The notes beneath the pieces were generated by a model. It saw only the letters and a program-made list of their open reading frames with translations, was not told the origin of the DNA and did no database searches. Shown piece by piece: positions 44,333-59,869 of a stretch of 64,000 nt of DNA. This DNA comes from Cyanophora paradoxa CCMP329 (lineage: Eukaryota; Plantae; Glaucophyta). Where the stretch lies: contig QPMI01000662.1 of the NCBI GenBank assembly GCA_004431415.1, positions 1 through 64,000 of the forward strand, given 5' to 3'. The first letter of the stretch is position 1, and the number at the start of each line of letters is the position of its first letter. Both the position numbers and the translations under genes were made by a program.

Positions 44333-44932
44333 ATGCTCCGCCACGTCGCCCGTGCAGGACTCGTGGCCGTTCGCCCTTCCGCCGCGGCGCCGCGTGCGGC
44401 GGGGGTGCTCCGGCGAGGCTACCATGAGAAGGTCATCGACCACTACGAGAACCCGCGGAACGTCGGCAGCCTCGACAAGAAGGACCCGACTGTCGGCACT
44501 GGACTCGTCGGCGCCCCCGCGTGCGGCGACGTGATGAAATTCCAGATCAAAGTCGATGAGAACGGCGTCATTACGGTCCGCGCCCTCCCCCAAGCGCGGC
44601 CGTGCACGCCCGAAACGTTTACGCCGCCACTTACAGGAGTCGTGCTTCAAAACGTTCGGCTGCGGCTCCGCCATTGCAAGCAGCTCCCTCGCGACGGAGT
44701 GGGTCAAGGGCAAGACGCTCGACCAGGCTGCAACTGTGAAGAACACTGATATCGCCAAGGAGCTCAAGCTCCCGCCCGTGAAGCTGCACTGCAGGTGCCC
44801 AGGCCGCCGGCGCCTTCATCATTATTTGCGCTTATCGCAGCGGCGTTCCGCAGCATGCTCGCCGAGGACGCGATCAAGGCGGCCATCAAGGACTACGAAA
44901 CGAAGAAGCAGAAGAAGGTCGCCATGGCATGA
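44333..44932 (+). CDS. ISCU: Mitochondrial Fe-S scaffold IscU/Isu1
   Basis: [58 protein letters not shown]. Confidence 0.96.
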
Positions 44933-45482
44933 GCGGCGAGCGCATCTTTCGGTGTAGAATCGTCAGGATATCGATTTCAGCTTCCGGCCTTCGGCAGCCT
45001 TCCAGCAATGGTGTCAGATGTATAGACAGATCGATACAGGCATTGTCTTGTAGTATGAGTAGATCAGTGTACGATGTAGAAGCGGCTGCGCGGAACGCGT
45101 GGCAGCGCCGTGTTCCCTCTCCCCTGGACTCGGGGCATCGAGCCCCCCAGCTACCGCCTCGTTTCGTGTCGTCGTTCCCGTCCTGTAAGTAGACGCAGTG
45201 CATATGGATATTTAAGGCAGACTGTATCCATGTGCGCATGATGGCATGTCGAAGTTGGGTCAAGCTCGTTCAGAACAGACCGTCGGACGCCGTGCTGCGG
45301 CTGCCCGCCAGGCGACAGCGTGAGGCTCCGCGGCTGCGCGAAGCGTGCGCAAAGATCTGAATGTCATAGCATCTCATCTCGTTCGGGCATCAGGGGAAAA
45401 AACACCGAGATCAAAGTATCGAGAGAAAAACAGGTGGAGGTTAAACTACAGGGAGGGGGTGGAGGTGGCGCGGGGGCGCGGG

Positions 45483-47618
45483 TCAGCGGCGGTCCTTGCG
45501 GATGGCGTCGCGGAGGCTGCAGTACTCCTCGAACTGCTCCCAGAGGCCCGGGATGTCCGCCTCCTTGATGTCCTGCGCCGCGCACCCGCTCCCTCAGGCG
45601 GGGCAGGGCGGGGCGGGGCGGGGCGGGGCGCGGGGCGAGCAAGCACCTCTGCCGAGGGGAGGCGGCCGTGCTGCTCGGAGAAGGCGTCGCTCCAGAGCTT
45701 CAGCTTGCGCCGCAGGTAGCAGAACTGCACGACCTGCACGCCCCCCGGCCCCCGTCAGCGCCCGGCGCGCGAGGGGCGGGGCGGGGCGGGGCGGGGCGGG
45801 CCTTCTGGGTCTCGAGCATGCGGCGGCGGATGAGGTTGCGCTGGCGGTTGGTGAGGTGCGGGGCGTCCACGTGGGGTGGCTCGTCCCCCGCCGGGGCCGG
45901 CCAGAGGCCCGTGTCCGACGCCCCGAAGAGCGCGTGCGGCGGCGCCTCGATCGGCTCCTCCACGATGCGCCGCCCCCCCAGCGACCAGACCGCACCCCCG
46001 GCCTCCTTCTTTCGCCCCGAGCGCCGCCCCCGCTGCCGGCCACCCTCCTCGTCCCCCGGGGCGGGGCCCTCCCAGTCGCCCTCGGAGAGGGAGCCCAGCG
46101 CCGCCTCCTCGTCCTCCACCTCGTCCTCCTCCTCCTCCTCCTCGTCCTCGCCGGCGAGCCACGGCTGCTCCCCGCACTCGCCCTCGCGCCCGCACTCGAT
46201 CACCGCCGCCCCGCTGCACAGCGCCTCCTCGATCCCCTCCTCGCCCACCACCGCCGCCGCCGCCGCCGCCTCCGCCTCCGGCTCGCCGTCCTCGCGCGGA
46301 GGACCCAGTGCGGCGGCGCCGGCCTCGCCCGGGGTGGCGGCGCTGGCCTCGCCGTCGAGGCGGGGCTTGGGGAGGAGGATGGCCCCCGAGCTCGTCTGCA
46401 CGATGCCGAGCAGCTCGCCGATGGTCTCGGGGCGGGGGCCCGGCGGGGGCTCGGAGACGGGGGGCTGGAGGGCGGGGCGGCGGGCGCGGCGGCGGCGCCG
46501 CTCGTCGGGCTCCTGGAAGAGGCTGCGGGAGACGAGGTCCATGGGGTCGGGCGCCCGCGAGAGGGCCCGGTCGAACTCCGCGAAGGGCTCCGTCGTCACG
46601 ATCTCCTGGATCCGCTGCAGGTCCTCCCGCTCCGACGCCCCCACGCCCCCGGCCCCCGGCAGCTTCCCCGCCCCCTCCGGCCCCGCCTCCTCCGCCCCCG
46701 CCCCCGCCCCCGCCGCCCCCGGCGGCCGCTGGAGCTGCGCCGGCGACGGATCGTCCGCCGCCGCCGGCGATGCGGGCGCCTCGTCGCCGTCCGGGGAGGA
46801 GGGGCGCAGGGGCGGGCCGAGCGACGCCGTCGTCGCGACGGCGTGCCCCGCCGCCATGGGGCCCGCGTCCAGCGGCCGCGGCTTCGGCTTGCGGCCGCGC
46901 TTCCTAGGCGACAGCGGCCGCGGCTGGTCGCTGCGCGTCCGCGGACCGGACATCTTTGCGCGGAACTCCGGGGACTGCCAGCGCGCCGACATCGTCGCCC
47001 GCAGCCGCGCCCGCCGCGCCTCATCCCAGCTCGCCTTCATCGCTTCGCTGATGCGGCTCTTCGACTCCTGCGAGTGCTGCCGCCCTGCGCGCCCAGCCGG
47101 CGTCGGCGCGGCGAATCGCTGCGCCTCTGCGCGCGCTTACCGTAGAAAGGGTTCATCTCGCCGGGCTTCGGCAACCGCCGGCGATCTATGGCCTCAACTT
47201 CGTCCAAGCCCATGCTGTCCAGCGCTAGCAACTCGTCGAACTCATCCGCGCTGTCGCTAAGGTGCGCGTCGTCGGCGAGCTCGCCATTACTGAACTGATA
47301 CGCGCCGCGGCCCTCGACCGGGCTCGGAAGTCGTGTTGTCAATGCTGACGAGTACTCCGAGCTTGTTGGCCTAGAGCGTGGCAGAAAGACCGTCCGGCCG
47401 CGCCTAACAAGATCTACTGCCGCGGCACGCCCCCACGAGGGGCGGATCGCGGGAGGAGGCGGCGGCCGGAGACTTCCGCTAATGCCATCGCTGCGGCTGG
47501 CGGGCGCGCCTCGCCGCCTCACCCGCGGTCGAACCGGCTGGCAATATGCTGCTGCTCTTGACTGCGGCGGGGCAACACAGACGAGAAACGCTGGCAGCGG
47601 CAACAACTCTCGCAGCAT
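45483..47618 (-). CDS. NUMOD3-motif protein with acidic linker and Sld2/FAM13-like C-terminal helical motif; possible organelle targeting peptide
   Basis: GEMNPFYG..HSQESKSRISEAMKASW; C-term LRRKLKLWSDAFSEQHGRLPSAEDIKE. Confidence 0.5.
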
Positions 47619-47716
47619 AGGCACCGCCCGCCGCCGCTCGCCCGTTTACCGATCCGTGCGGCCGATTGATTGCACCGAGTTATTTGTGTACCCGTGCCCC
47701 GCTCACCCCCCCGATC

Positions 47717-50117
<2,401 letters not shown>

Positions 50118-50484
50118 CACCCGCCGCCGCACCCACGCCCCCGCACCCCCGCCCCCGCCCCTGCCCCCATCCCCGCCCCCGCCCCGCCCTCCCGCCCTCA
50201 TCGTACGATTCCCTCAATTTCCCAGCGATTGCTCCAGCGCGAACCTTTTAAGTAGCTGTAGGCTGTAGCGCGTGGGGGCTTTCGGTCCGTTGCGAACTGG
50301 CCTGCGAGCAGTATATAAGCCCAGCGGGGCCAGCTAGGGTATAGCTTAGTAGGAAGCGAAAGAAAGGTAACTCGAATTCCCGAGCTCGCCCAGCGTGCGG
50401 GCGAGCTAACTGACGCCCGGCAGCACCCAAAGAACACGCTCGCACACGTCGACAACCGCGCGCACCGCCCCGAGCAAGTCAGCG

Positions 50485-52597
50485 ATGCCGCGCAAGCTGA
50501 GGATCGCGCTGCTGAGCTGGGAGTCATTGCACTCCGTTGCGGTCGGCGGCGTCGCGGCGCACGTCACGGGTGCGCTGCGCGCGGCCCGGCGCGGCAGTTG
50601 CGCCGCACGCTGACCCGACCCCGCGCAGAGGTCGGAGCTGCCCTGGCGAGAAAAGGGCACGAAGTGCACATTTTCGTGGTGAGCAGCTGCCCCGCGCGCA
50701 CCGCCCGTGCGTGCTGGGCGAGTCTGCCCGGACCGCGCGCGCTCACGCCTCCGGCCGCAGCGCATCGGCCAGGGCCAGAAGCCATATGAAGTCATCCACG
50801 ACGTTCACTATCACCGCGTAACCATGACGCTGGATTCCGGTGCGCGAGCCGGGCCCCAAACCAGCACTCGAGCCTGACCGCGCCCGCCGGCCGGCGCGCA
50901 ACGCCGCACCTCAGACTTCTGCAAGGTGCGCACGCGCTGCCGCCTTTCTCCGCGGTCGCGCGGGGCTGACCTCGGGGAGCAGGAGATGAACGCGCTCTGC
51001 AACGCGATGATGTGGAGCATCGGGGAGACGGAGGCCTACCAGAACGCCCAGTTCGACATCGTCCACGGCCACGACTGGATGACCGGTCCGCCCCCCGTCC
51101 CCGCCACCGCCGCCCCCGCAGCGGCTAGCGCTGGATTGTCGTCCCTGACCGCGCGGCCGTCGCGCAGTGAAGGCGCTCGTGCAGGCGGCCAACACGGGCC
51201 ACAACACCGTCCTCACCATCCACAGCACCGAGTACGGCCGCTGCGGTGCGCCCGCCCCCGCGCCTTCGGCCCCCTCCCTCCAATTTCCTTTTCCTGACGC
51301 GCGCTTCCTTTTCTCCCGTCGGGGACCGCAGGCAACGTGTACTACCCGTGCGCGCCCACACGTGCGCAGCAGCGCGCCGGCGAGGGGGCCGACGGGGCCT
51401 CGGGCGCGCGCGCAGGCAGGGCCAGTCGGCGACCATCCGGTCGTGGGAGGGGGAAGGCATCCACAAGGCGAGCCGCGTCATCTGCGTCTCCGGGGCCCTC
51501 TGCGACGAGGTCAAGTCCCACTACCACGTTTCGGGTGCGTCCGCCACGTGCACCCCACGCCCCAAGCTGCGTGCACCCCCGCCGGCGGCGAGCCCCACGC
51601 AGGCGAGAAGCTGCGCTGCGTCTACAACGGGATCAACGTGCACAGGTACGACGGCTGGATCGACCCGGGTGCGCCCCGCCCCGCCCCGGCGCCCTTCCAT
51701 CGCTGGCCCCGCGCGGCCGGCTGACCTGGGGCCGGGCGGCCCCTCGGGCAGGCCCGGTGAAGCTGCAGTGGGGCGTGGGGCCGATGGAGCCGATGGTGCT
51801 CTTCGTGGGGCGCCTCACCGCCCAGAAGGGCCCCGACCTCCTCCTCGAGGGTACCCCCCCGCCCCCCGCCCCCTTCCCCCCACGCCCCCTCGCCTCCGAG
51901 CCCCGGGGGCGCAGCGGTACCGATGGTGCTGAAGGCGCGCGGGGACGCCAAGTTCGTCTTCGTGGGGGACGGCGACATGAAGCAGCAGCTCGCGAACCGC
52001 GCCAACGAGCTCGGCGTCGGCGGCTCCGTCCGCTTTCTCGGCGCCATGTCCAACTCCGACCCCCGCCTCATCAACCTCTACAAGGCCCGTCCCCGCCCCT
52101 CCCGCCCCCTCGCCGCCGCCCCGCCGACACGGCGCGCCACCGGGCGCAGAGCTGCGACTGCGTGTGCATGCCCTCCAGGAACGAGCCCTTCGGCATCGTC
52201 ATGCTCGAGGCCCGCCCCTCCCCCCTTTGTTCTCAGCGCACGCCCGGGCCTTGCTGACGCGCGCGCGCGCCGGGCAGTGCTGGGCGGCGGGGAAGCCGCT
52301 GGTGGCGACGCGGCAGGGGGGGCCCGGGGAGCTCGTGAGCCACGGGCAGGACGGGTGGCAGTGCGAGATCAGCGCCGACAGCCTCGCCTGGGGCATCTGC
52401 CAGGTCTTCCAGGTCCGCCCCGCGCCTCCCCGCCCGGAGCCTCCCGGCCGTGCCCCTCGTCTCACGCCGCGCAGAACTTCGTGCACGCGCGGTGGATGGG
52501 CGAGCAGGGGCGCGCCAAGGCCGCCTTCTCCTTCTCCTGGGACAGGATAGCGGACCACACCCTCGGCGTCTACGGCGACGTCGTGCCCCTCGACTAG
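50485..52597 (+). CDS. GT-B glycosyltransferase, family 4 / glycogen-starch synthase-like
   Basis: RIALLSWESLHSVAVGGVAAHVT, DIVHGHDWM, TIHSTEYGR, VLFVGRL..QKGPDLL, PSRNEPFGIVMLEA. Confidence 0.88.
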
Positions 52598-53142
52598 CGC
52601 TAGTGAAGACCCCTCCCCCTGTTTTCCTTCCCTCTCTGCCGCCGCCGCCGCCGCCGTTGAGCCTCGGTGCTCCCAGGGGGCCCAGGCCGGCCCCGCAGCA
52701 CTCTTATTCCCTTTGATTTCTCGGGCCTTTACTTGCAGCAGCCACTCCGCAACTGCGGCAGTGTACGCGTACATGGTTTCTGATCCAGTTTCATGTCACA
52801 GCCAGTTGCCGAGACCTCGTGATCAGTGTTTTGCATTCGCTGATTTCAACGTTTCTCCCCTTTCAGACCGCTCAAGGCCGAGTTGGTCGGCCTTGCTTGT
52901 ACCATGATGTCTCTCTGTAACTCCACACAAGGACAGTCTTGCATGCGATCGCAGGGACTCGCGCTGGCTTGTGGGGGTCGACGGTGGAGGGCGCAGGGGG
53001 GGCAGCATTCGAACAGCAAACGCCGGGCAGGGGGCGGGGTACAGGGAGCGCGAAGCCAGGGGGCAGGGACGGGGCCAGGAGGGGCGCGGGGCGTGTGGAG
53101 GGAGGCGGGGCGGAGGGGAGGGGCGGGGGCGGGGCGGGGGCG

Positions 53143-55056
53143 CTAGGTGCGGGGCCGCTTCTCCTCGTGCCGCCTGCGGTCCCGCCCGGGGCTCGGCGAC
53201 CTCCGCTTCCTGCTCCCGCCTCAGCGGCCCCGGGGCCGGCCCCTGGTGGCCGGCGGGGCGGGGCGGGGCGGACCGGTCGTCGGGGCCGTCGTAGGGCGGG
53301 GGCCCGTCGTAGGGCCCGCCGCCGTAGGGGCCCCGGGGCCCCGGGCCCATCATCGGGGGGCCCCCGTAGCCGAAGGCCGGGTTCACGTGCGAGCCCCCGA
53401 ACGGCGGGCCGCCCTCCGGCCCGTAGGGGCTGTACGGGTACCCCCCTCGCATCGGCGGGCCGCCGCCCATGGGGGGCCCGTAGGGCCTGGGCGGCATCTG
53501 CAGGGCGGAGTGAGGCGGGGCGCAGCGCGCGGGGAGGGGGCGCCGGGGGGCACCGGGCCGCCGCGGTAGCCGGGGGGGAAGGGCATCCCGGGGCCCATCG
53601 GACCGGGCCCGTAGGGCCCCGGCGGGCCGTGCATCATGGGCGGGCCGGGGGGCCGGTCTGCCGCAGGGGGCGCTCGTTCGGCACGGCGGGCGCTCAGCGC
53701 GGGGCGCAGCGCATGCGCACCGGGGCCAGGGGGGTACGGGCCAGGAGGCCGCACACCCGGGGGGCCGCCGACGCCAGGGGGGCCGTACGGCGGGACGGGG
53801 CCGCCGGGGGCGGGCCGCCGGGGCCCATCGGGGGCCCGGGCGGGCCCGGCGGGCGCTGCAGGGCGGCGGGGCGCGTCCCAAGTGAGAAGGTGCCCGGTGG
53901 CGAGGCCGGGCAGCACAGGAACGCGCACCCCGCCAGGTGGGGGGGTCGGCGGCTGCCGCTGCGCGTTCTGTATGTGCCGCAGGGACTGCTGCGAGGCGTA
54001 GACCACCATGCAGGGCTTCCCGTTGATGTCCCTGCCCGCCGCGTCAGGCGCAAGAAGGAGGAGCAGAGGCCGCCCGTCCGAGCAGCGGCGCCGGCGGACC
54101 TGTTGTTCACTTGCGCGAGCGCCGCCGCCGCCGCGTCCGGGCTCGTGTACTCCACCAGCGCGTACCTGCGGGAGATCCCGACGGTTCGTTTGCGGACGGG
54201 GGAAAGGAACTCGAAGAAGAGGGAAGAGGAGTCTTGAGCCCGAAGGAGCCGGCAGGGCGCAAAGCTGCGCCTGGGAAAAGGAACGGGGCGCGGGAAGTGC
54301 GAACCCGCGGAATTTGCCGTTCGCGTTGTCCGTGAACATTTTCAGGTCCTTCATCTTTCCGAACTGGCCAAACAGCTCCTCCAGTTGCGCATCCGTAGTC
54401 CACTGCGCGGGCATCAGCGAGAGGGAGCGGGAAGACGCTGCGGCGAGGCCCCGGACCCAAGTGAGGTTTCCCACGTAGACCGCAGTCTGGCCTCCATGGT
54501 TGGGCGCCGATGCCGCGCCTGAAGAGTAGCGGTTTGTGAGCATACGGGAAGCGCGCCATCACTGTGCGCCGCGCATCACGGACCGCCAGCGAGGGCGCCG
54601 CCAGGATGCTCGGGCGGAGGGTAGTGCTGGCCGCTCGAAGGACTCCTCTGCCCGCCATTCGAACCAGCCTGCTCGTGGCCGTGGCGCGGCTGCTGCCGCG
54701 GCTGCGCGGCGGTCAGGCTAGACGTGGCGACGCGGTGGGCCGAGGAATGCGCGCCTCGTGGCCCTCGTGCTTGAACGTTCGCGCCGAATCGCTGCTTTCT
54801 AGAACGTCGTTGGAGAGCGACTCGTCGTTCGCAGGCTCCTCCAGCGTCTCACTCGCATCGTAGGTCGCGGGCGCTTCTAGCGTCTCGGAGGGGTCAACGT
54901 CCTGCCTCGCTGGCGCGCCATCGCGGCCGCTCGACGACTGGCGGTACGGATCCTCGTCCTGCCGCGGGGCATTGGCGAGGCATCGCGCGAGGCAGATGCC
55001 GAGCGCACGTTCGGGACGTTGTCAAACGAGTACAGGTTGTCGTCATCGTCGGCCAT
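53143..55056 (-). CDS. CPSF6/CFIm68-like RRM protein with Pro/Gly-rich region and RS tail
   Basis: MADDDDNLY.., VYVGNLTW-WTTD, NGKFRG-YALVEY, PG-rich stretch, RSRSRSPSP. Confidence 0.8.
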
Positions 55057-55254
55057 CGCCTCGATCTGCGCCCCTCGAGGCCGCTAGCAGACGACGGCCC
55101 TCTCTTCCCGGGTACGAGGTTGTTCGGTTCTGGTCGGTCGGTTAGGCCTTTGTACTGAGCTGCGGTCGTCGCCGTCGGATCGCAGCGCTCTAGCAGCTTC
55201 GTAGAGGCTTCGGCCAAGAACCGAGCCCCGCGACCCAGCAGCGCCGCAGGAGCG

Positions 55255-57842
55255 ATGGCGTCGTCGTCGCGCATCGCCGTGCTGGTCGCCTTGTTCTGTT
55301 TCGCTGCGATAGCCAGTGCCGCAACGCTCGGTACGTACCGCTGCGGCCGTCGCTGATATCGGCAGCCGTCGCTGGTATCGGCAGCCGTCGCTTCCGGCGA
55401 ACGCGGCCGCGCAGCCTCTCCCTCAATTTTTCCGTGCGCAGGTCCGCGTTTGGCCGTCAGCCGGCTGAAGTTCGAGGAGGTCACGCCGTGCGGCCAGCGG
55501 TCTACGGTGCGGTGCAGATAGCTAGCGGGTCCTGGCACGCGTTCCGACACGCTTTCGCGCAGGAAGAGATCACGCTCACAAACGTAGGGGACGAGGACCT
55601 CGTCTGGTGCCCCGTCGCCCCCGCGCTCGGGCGCGGCAGCTCTAACTCCTTGCAGGTCCATCAAGAAGACGACCCTCCCCGTCTGGCTGGAGGTCCTGTA
55701 CGGGAGCGGCTTCACCATCGCGCCCGGATCGAACCTTACGTTCTCGCTGATCTTCTTCGCCAACGCCGAGACCATCCTGGACGGCACCGCGTACTATGCG
55801 AACGTGCGGCGCCCGCGCCGCCGCCGCCCCTCCGACCGCTGATCCGCCCGCAGGTCACCATCCTGGCGTACGCGCGCGGGCGGCTCCCCGCACGCTCGGC
55901 CTGACCCGGCGCGCGCGCGCAGCTACGAGGGCGAGGGCGATAACGGCACGCTCAAGCACGTCCAGAAGGCGACGCGTGCGTCCTGCCCGTGCCGGAGGGT
56001 TCCGGCCTGTCGCCCTGAACTCGCTCTGCCCGCTCGCAGCGATCGAAATCACGATGAACGTCCCGGCCGGTGCGGCCCCCGCCCCCGCCGCCCGGACTCG
56101 CGCGTCCGGGGCCGAGCGGCGGGGCGTGCGCAGGCACCTGCCCCCAGATCGTCGTCAGCGACACCTCGATCACGAACGTCCAGGCGCGCCCGCCCGCCCG
56201 CCTGCCTGGCGCCCCGCCGCCGGGCGCCGCTGACGCCGCCGGCGCAGTTCGACGGGGACACGTTCCTCACCAAGCTCTTCGTGCGCCGCCCGCGCCCTCT
56301 GGCTCCCCTCTGTCTTCCTCCGCCCCGCCTCCAAGCGACGACCCTCCGCCGCCGCAGGTCACGAACGCCGGCAACAGCACCCTCCGGTGCGAACGCGCGG
56401 GGCCGCCCCGCGGCGGAGGCGCGGGCGGCCCGCGAACGCCGGGGGCCGGCAGGTACACGGTCGACACGGACCCGGGCAACGACACGACGGAGCAGTGGCT
56501 CTTCACCACCGGCGGTGCCCCCGCGCCCGCCACTTCCCCCGGTCGCCGGCGCGCCGCCGAGCTTCGTCCGCCTTCTGCAGACAACGGCGTGCTGCTCGTT
56601 TACACCTCCACCGACCACGTCGGGCCCGGCACCTGTGCGGCCCCCGCCCCTCTCCCCCCCGCTGCCCTCGCTCCCCATCCGCTGAGGCCCGGGTTGCAGA
56701 CCGGGGCGCCGTGAAGATCCGGTCCAACGACCAGCGGCACAACATGCTCACCATCCCCGTCACGATGGTCCGCGCGCCTACTCCGCGCCAGGCAGGCCTC
56801 GCCCCGCCCCGCCCCGAGGTCGACCGCCCCGCCCCGCGCGGGCCGCCGCAGACGGTGACGGAGCAGCCGATCCCGACGATCTCCGTCTCGCCCTCCCCCG
56901 TCATCGCCCTCCGCCAGCGCAGCGGTGCCCCGCCCGCCCGCCCTGCCCCGAGCCTCCGGCGGCGCGGCCTGAGCGCCTCGCCGCTGGGGGCGCACGCAGG
57001 GGAGAACACGACGCTGCAGGTGAAGATCTCCAACACCTCGCCCAACGCCACCCTCGGCGTGCGCCTTCCCCCGCGTTCTCGCCCTCCCGCCCGCGCCCTC
57101 CCCTCTTGACCCTCCCGCCCGCCCCCCGCTCAGTTCCGGGTGACTTCTCTCCCGCCCTCCCGGGCCGGCCGGGGCCGCGCCGGCGCGGCAGGGGCGCGCT
57201 GACGGGGCGCAGCTGGTGACGCTGGAGACGGGCGGCTTCCTCCCCGAGGGCATGGCCTCCCGCCAGATCCCCGTCGGCGCGCCCCGCCCCGCTCCCGCCC
57301 GCCCTGCCCTCTGCCCCTCGCTGAGGCGGGGCGGGCAGGGAACACGGCGACGGTGGAGCTGCAGATCGACAGCTGGCGGCTGAAGGCGGGGGAGTACAAG
57401 GGGAACATCACCGTCCTTTCCAACGCCAAGGGCAACGCCCGCATCGACATCGCCGTCTTCCTCATCGTCGACAGCCGTGCGCCCGCCCTGGCCCCTCCCG
57501 CTCCCGGCGGGCCTCTCTTGCGCGCCCGACGAGGCCCGGGGCGCCGCAGAGGCGGGCGGGGAGGGGCAGAACATCAGCACGAACTCGGCGAGCGGGGCGG
57601 TGTCGAGCGGGGCGATCGCGGCCGGCGTCATCCTCCTCGTCCTCGTCGTCATCATCGCCGGCGGCGTCATCACCTACGGCGCCCTCCAGATGCGCAAGAA
57701 CTCCCGCCACCAGCAGAGTGCGCCCCCTGAAGCGCTCTCGCCCCTCTCCGGCCTCTGAGGCGCCCCGGCAGTTCCCTTCGACGAGGACATGCGCGGCCGG
57801 GAGTTCCGCGGCTCCGACCGCGACGACCCCGACCGCTTCTAG
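55255..57842 (+). CDS. Type I membrane protein with repeated Ig-like (ASH/BACON-like) beta domains
   Basis: Signal peptide RIAVLVALFCFAAIASA; ITLTNVGDEDL, VTNAGNSTL, IRSNDQ..LTIPVT, AGEYKGNITVLSN; TM GAIAAGVILLVLVVIIAGGVITY. Confidence 0.6.
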
Positions 57843-58096
57843 GCCCTATACGTAGCTAGGAAACCAGATATCGATATCCACGCAGCAGCAGCAGCCGCAG
57901 CCGCCGGCTGCAGTCCTCTAGCTTTGTAGCGCATGCGGCAGCATGCACATGCATGTCAACTGTGGAGTTGCAGAATTGAAAAAGAAGCACTCGGATTGGG
58001 GAAATGTACAGTCGCAGGGGCAAGGGAAGGAGGGAGGTGAGGGGGGTCGGGGTCGGGGTGGACGTGGGGGGGGATGTGCCCGGCAGGGGGGGCCGG

Positions 58097-59480
58097 CTAG
58101 GAGTCGGCGGGGGGCGCGCTGGGGGGCTGGGATACGAAGGACCAGTGGTTCTGGGGCCCCGGGAGGGTGCGCTCGCGGCGCCCGTGCTCCTGCTTGCGGG
58201 GGTCCAGGAAGGACTTGCAGAAGGTCTCGCACTCGCCCCCGAACTCGTTCCTGCGCGCCCCGCCCCGTCGGCCCCCGGCCCGGCCCCGGCCGGGGCGGGG
58301 CGGGGCCGCACCTGTGGATGTAGAGGTCGCTGGCGAAGGCGCGCTGGGTGAGGCAGTGGTTGATCATGACGGCGGCGCCCAGGGGCACGGGCGTCCCCTC
58401 CAGCTCGAGCCGCACGGAGGGGTCCACGGACTGGATCTCCCAGGAGCAGTTGTACGAGGGCCGCGGGTTCTCTCCGCTGTACTTCGCGAAGGAGACCTCC
58501 TGGTTCCTCGACACCTTGGACTGGTGGAAGGGCGAGACGGGGAGCGAGTGGAGGAAGAACTGCCGCCCCCGTCAGCGGCGGCGCGGCAGAAAGGGCGCGG
58601 GGCCGGGGCGCACCTTGTCGGAGCTGAAGGGCGGGAGGGTCACGATCTGCACCTTCTGGCCGTACCGCACCACGTCCCCGACCTTCCCGTCCTTCGCCCT
58701 GCCCCCGCCCCGCCCGTGCGGTCAGAGCGCGGCTCCCCACAGCTCGGTGGGGCGGCGAAGGAGTTGCGGGCGCGCACGGAAGGACGGCGAAGGAGTTGCG
58801 GGCGCAGGGCTGGTTGTAGAGGGTCGTCGTCGCAGCGAAGAGGTCCGTCTGCCCGTCGCTCGGGAGCTTGTCGTTGATGTCCGTCGCGAGGTGCGCCTGC
58901 GTGTGGAAGTTGTAGAGCATCACCTGCGGCGCGAAGAGCCGGTTTAGCTAACGCCCGGCGCGCGCCGCTCCCCGGAGCGCGCGGACCACTGCGCCGTAGC
59001 GAAGGTATCCGTCCTCGGGTGCGGCCGAGAGCTCCACCTACGCGGACGCTAAGACGGCGGATAGAGATCGATGCTGCATGGAGATTTACCGGCTGCAGCG
59101 CGTGGGCGAAGCGCGCCTCCGCCGCGCTGATCGCTAGCTCTCCGCGCTCCTTTCGCATTAGGTAGTCCTTCAGCTTAGCCTGCGGGACGCGGTGGCGTTC
59201 AGGAGCCACAACATCCAGCTTGCACCAACGCCGCTCCCTTCACGCCGCTTACCTGAGCGAGCTCCATGTCCTCGCTCCAGTTCCCGACCCGGACGCGGTG
59301 GTGGAACGGGCTGTATCCCATCTCCTGTTGAGGCTGCGATTCGGGAAGAGCGTGCAGCGGTCAGCTGGCGCACGGGATGAGGAGCCAGAAAGTTCGGCGC
59401 CGGCGGCTATCCCCGACGCGGAGAAGGTCTGCCGGCGATTAAACGAGGCGGAACACCCTCACCGTGAAGTAGGTGCCCAT
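58097..59480 (-). CDS. CFAP161: Cilia- and flagella-associated protein 161
   Basis: RVRVGNWSEDMEL, DGYLRYG, PCARNSF, VRYGQKV, RLELEGTPVP..VMINHCLT, NEFGGECE, NHWSFV. Confidence 0.8.
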
Positions 59481-59869
59481 GGTGCTAGCCCAGGCGAGGA
59501 TTTGGGTGGTTCCTTAGTTGGGCGCGTTACTGTTACGGTGTACCCGGGTCGCGTTGCAATGTGGCCCGGAAGCTCGAGCGAGTGATGCTTGATGGCTGCA
59601 TGCACATGCTGCCGTCATGCTGTCGCTGGTGCGCGCGGCAACTCGTTTGCCTCTAGCTCGCCGAAGCTTGAGTGGCACTTTTGTACATGTACTCGCGCGG
59701 CGGGACAGGGCCCCGCCAAGACACGACAACCTATCCTATCTTAACCACGGGCGAAAAAAAGTATGTACAGAGCGATGGCAGAGCCTTAGCGGGTCTGCGG
59801 CTGGGGAGCCGTCTGGTAGGGCCACGGGTACCTGCAACGCGTACCGCCGTCAGAGATTCGGTGACCGAG

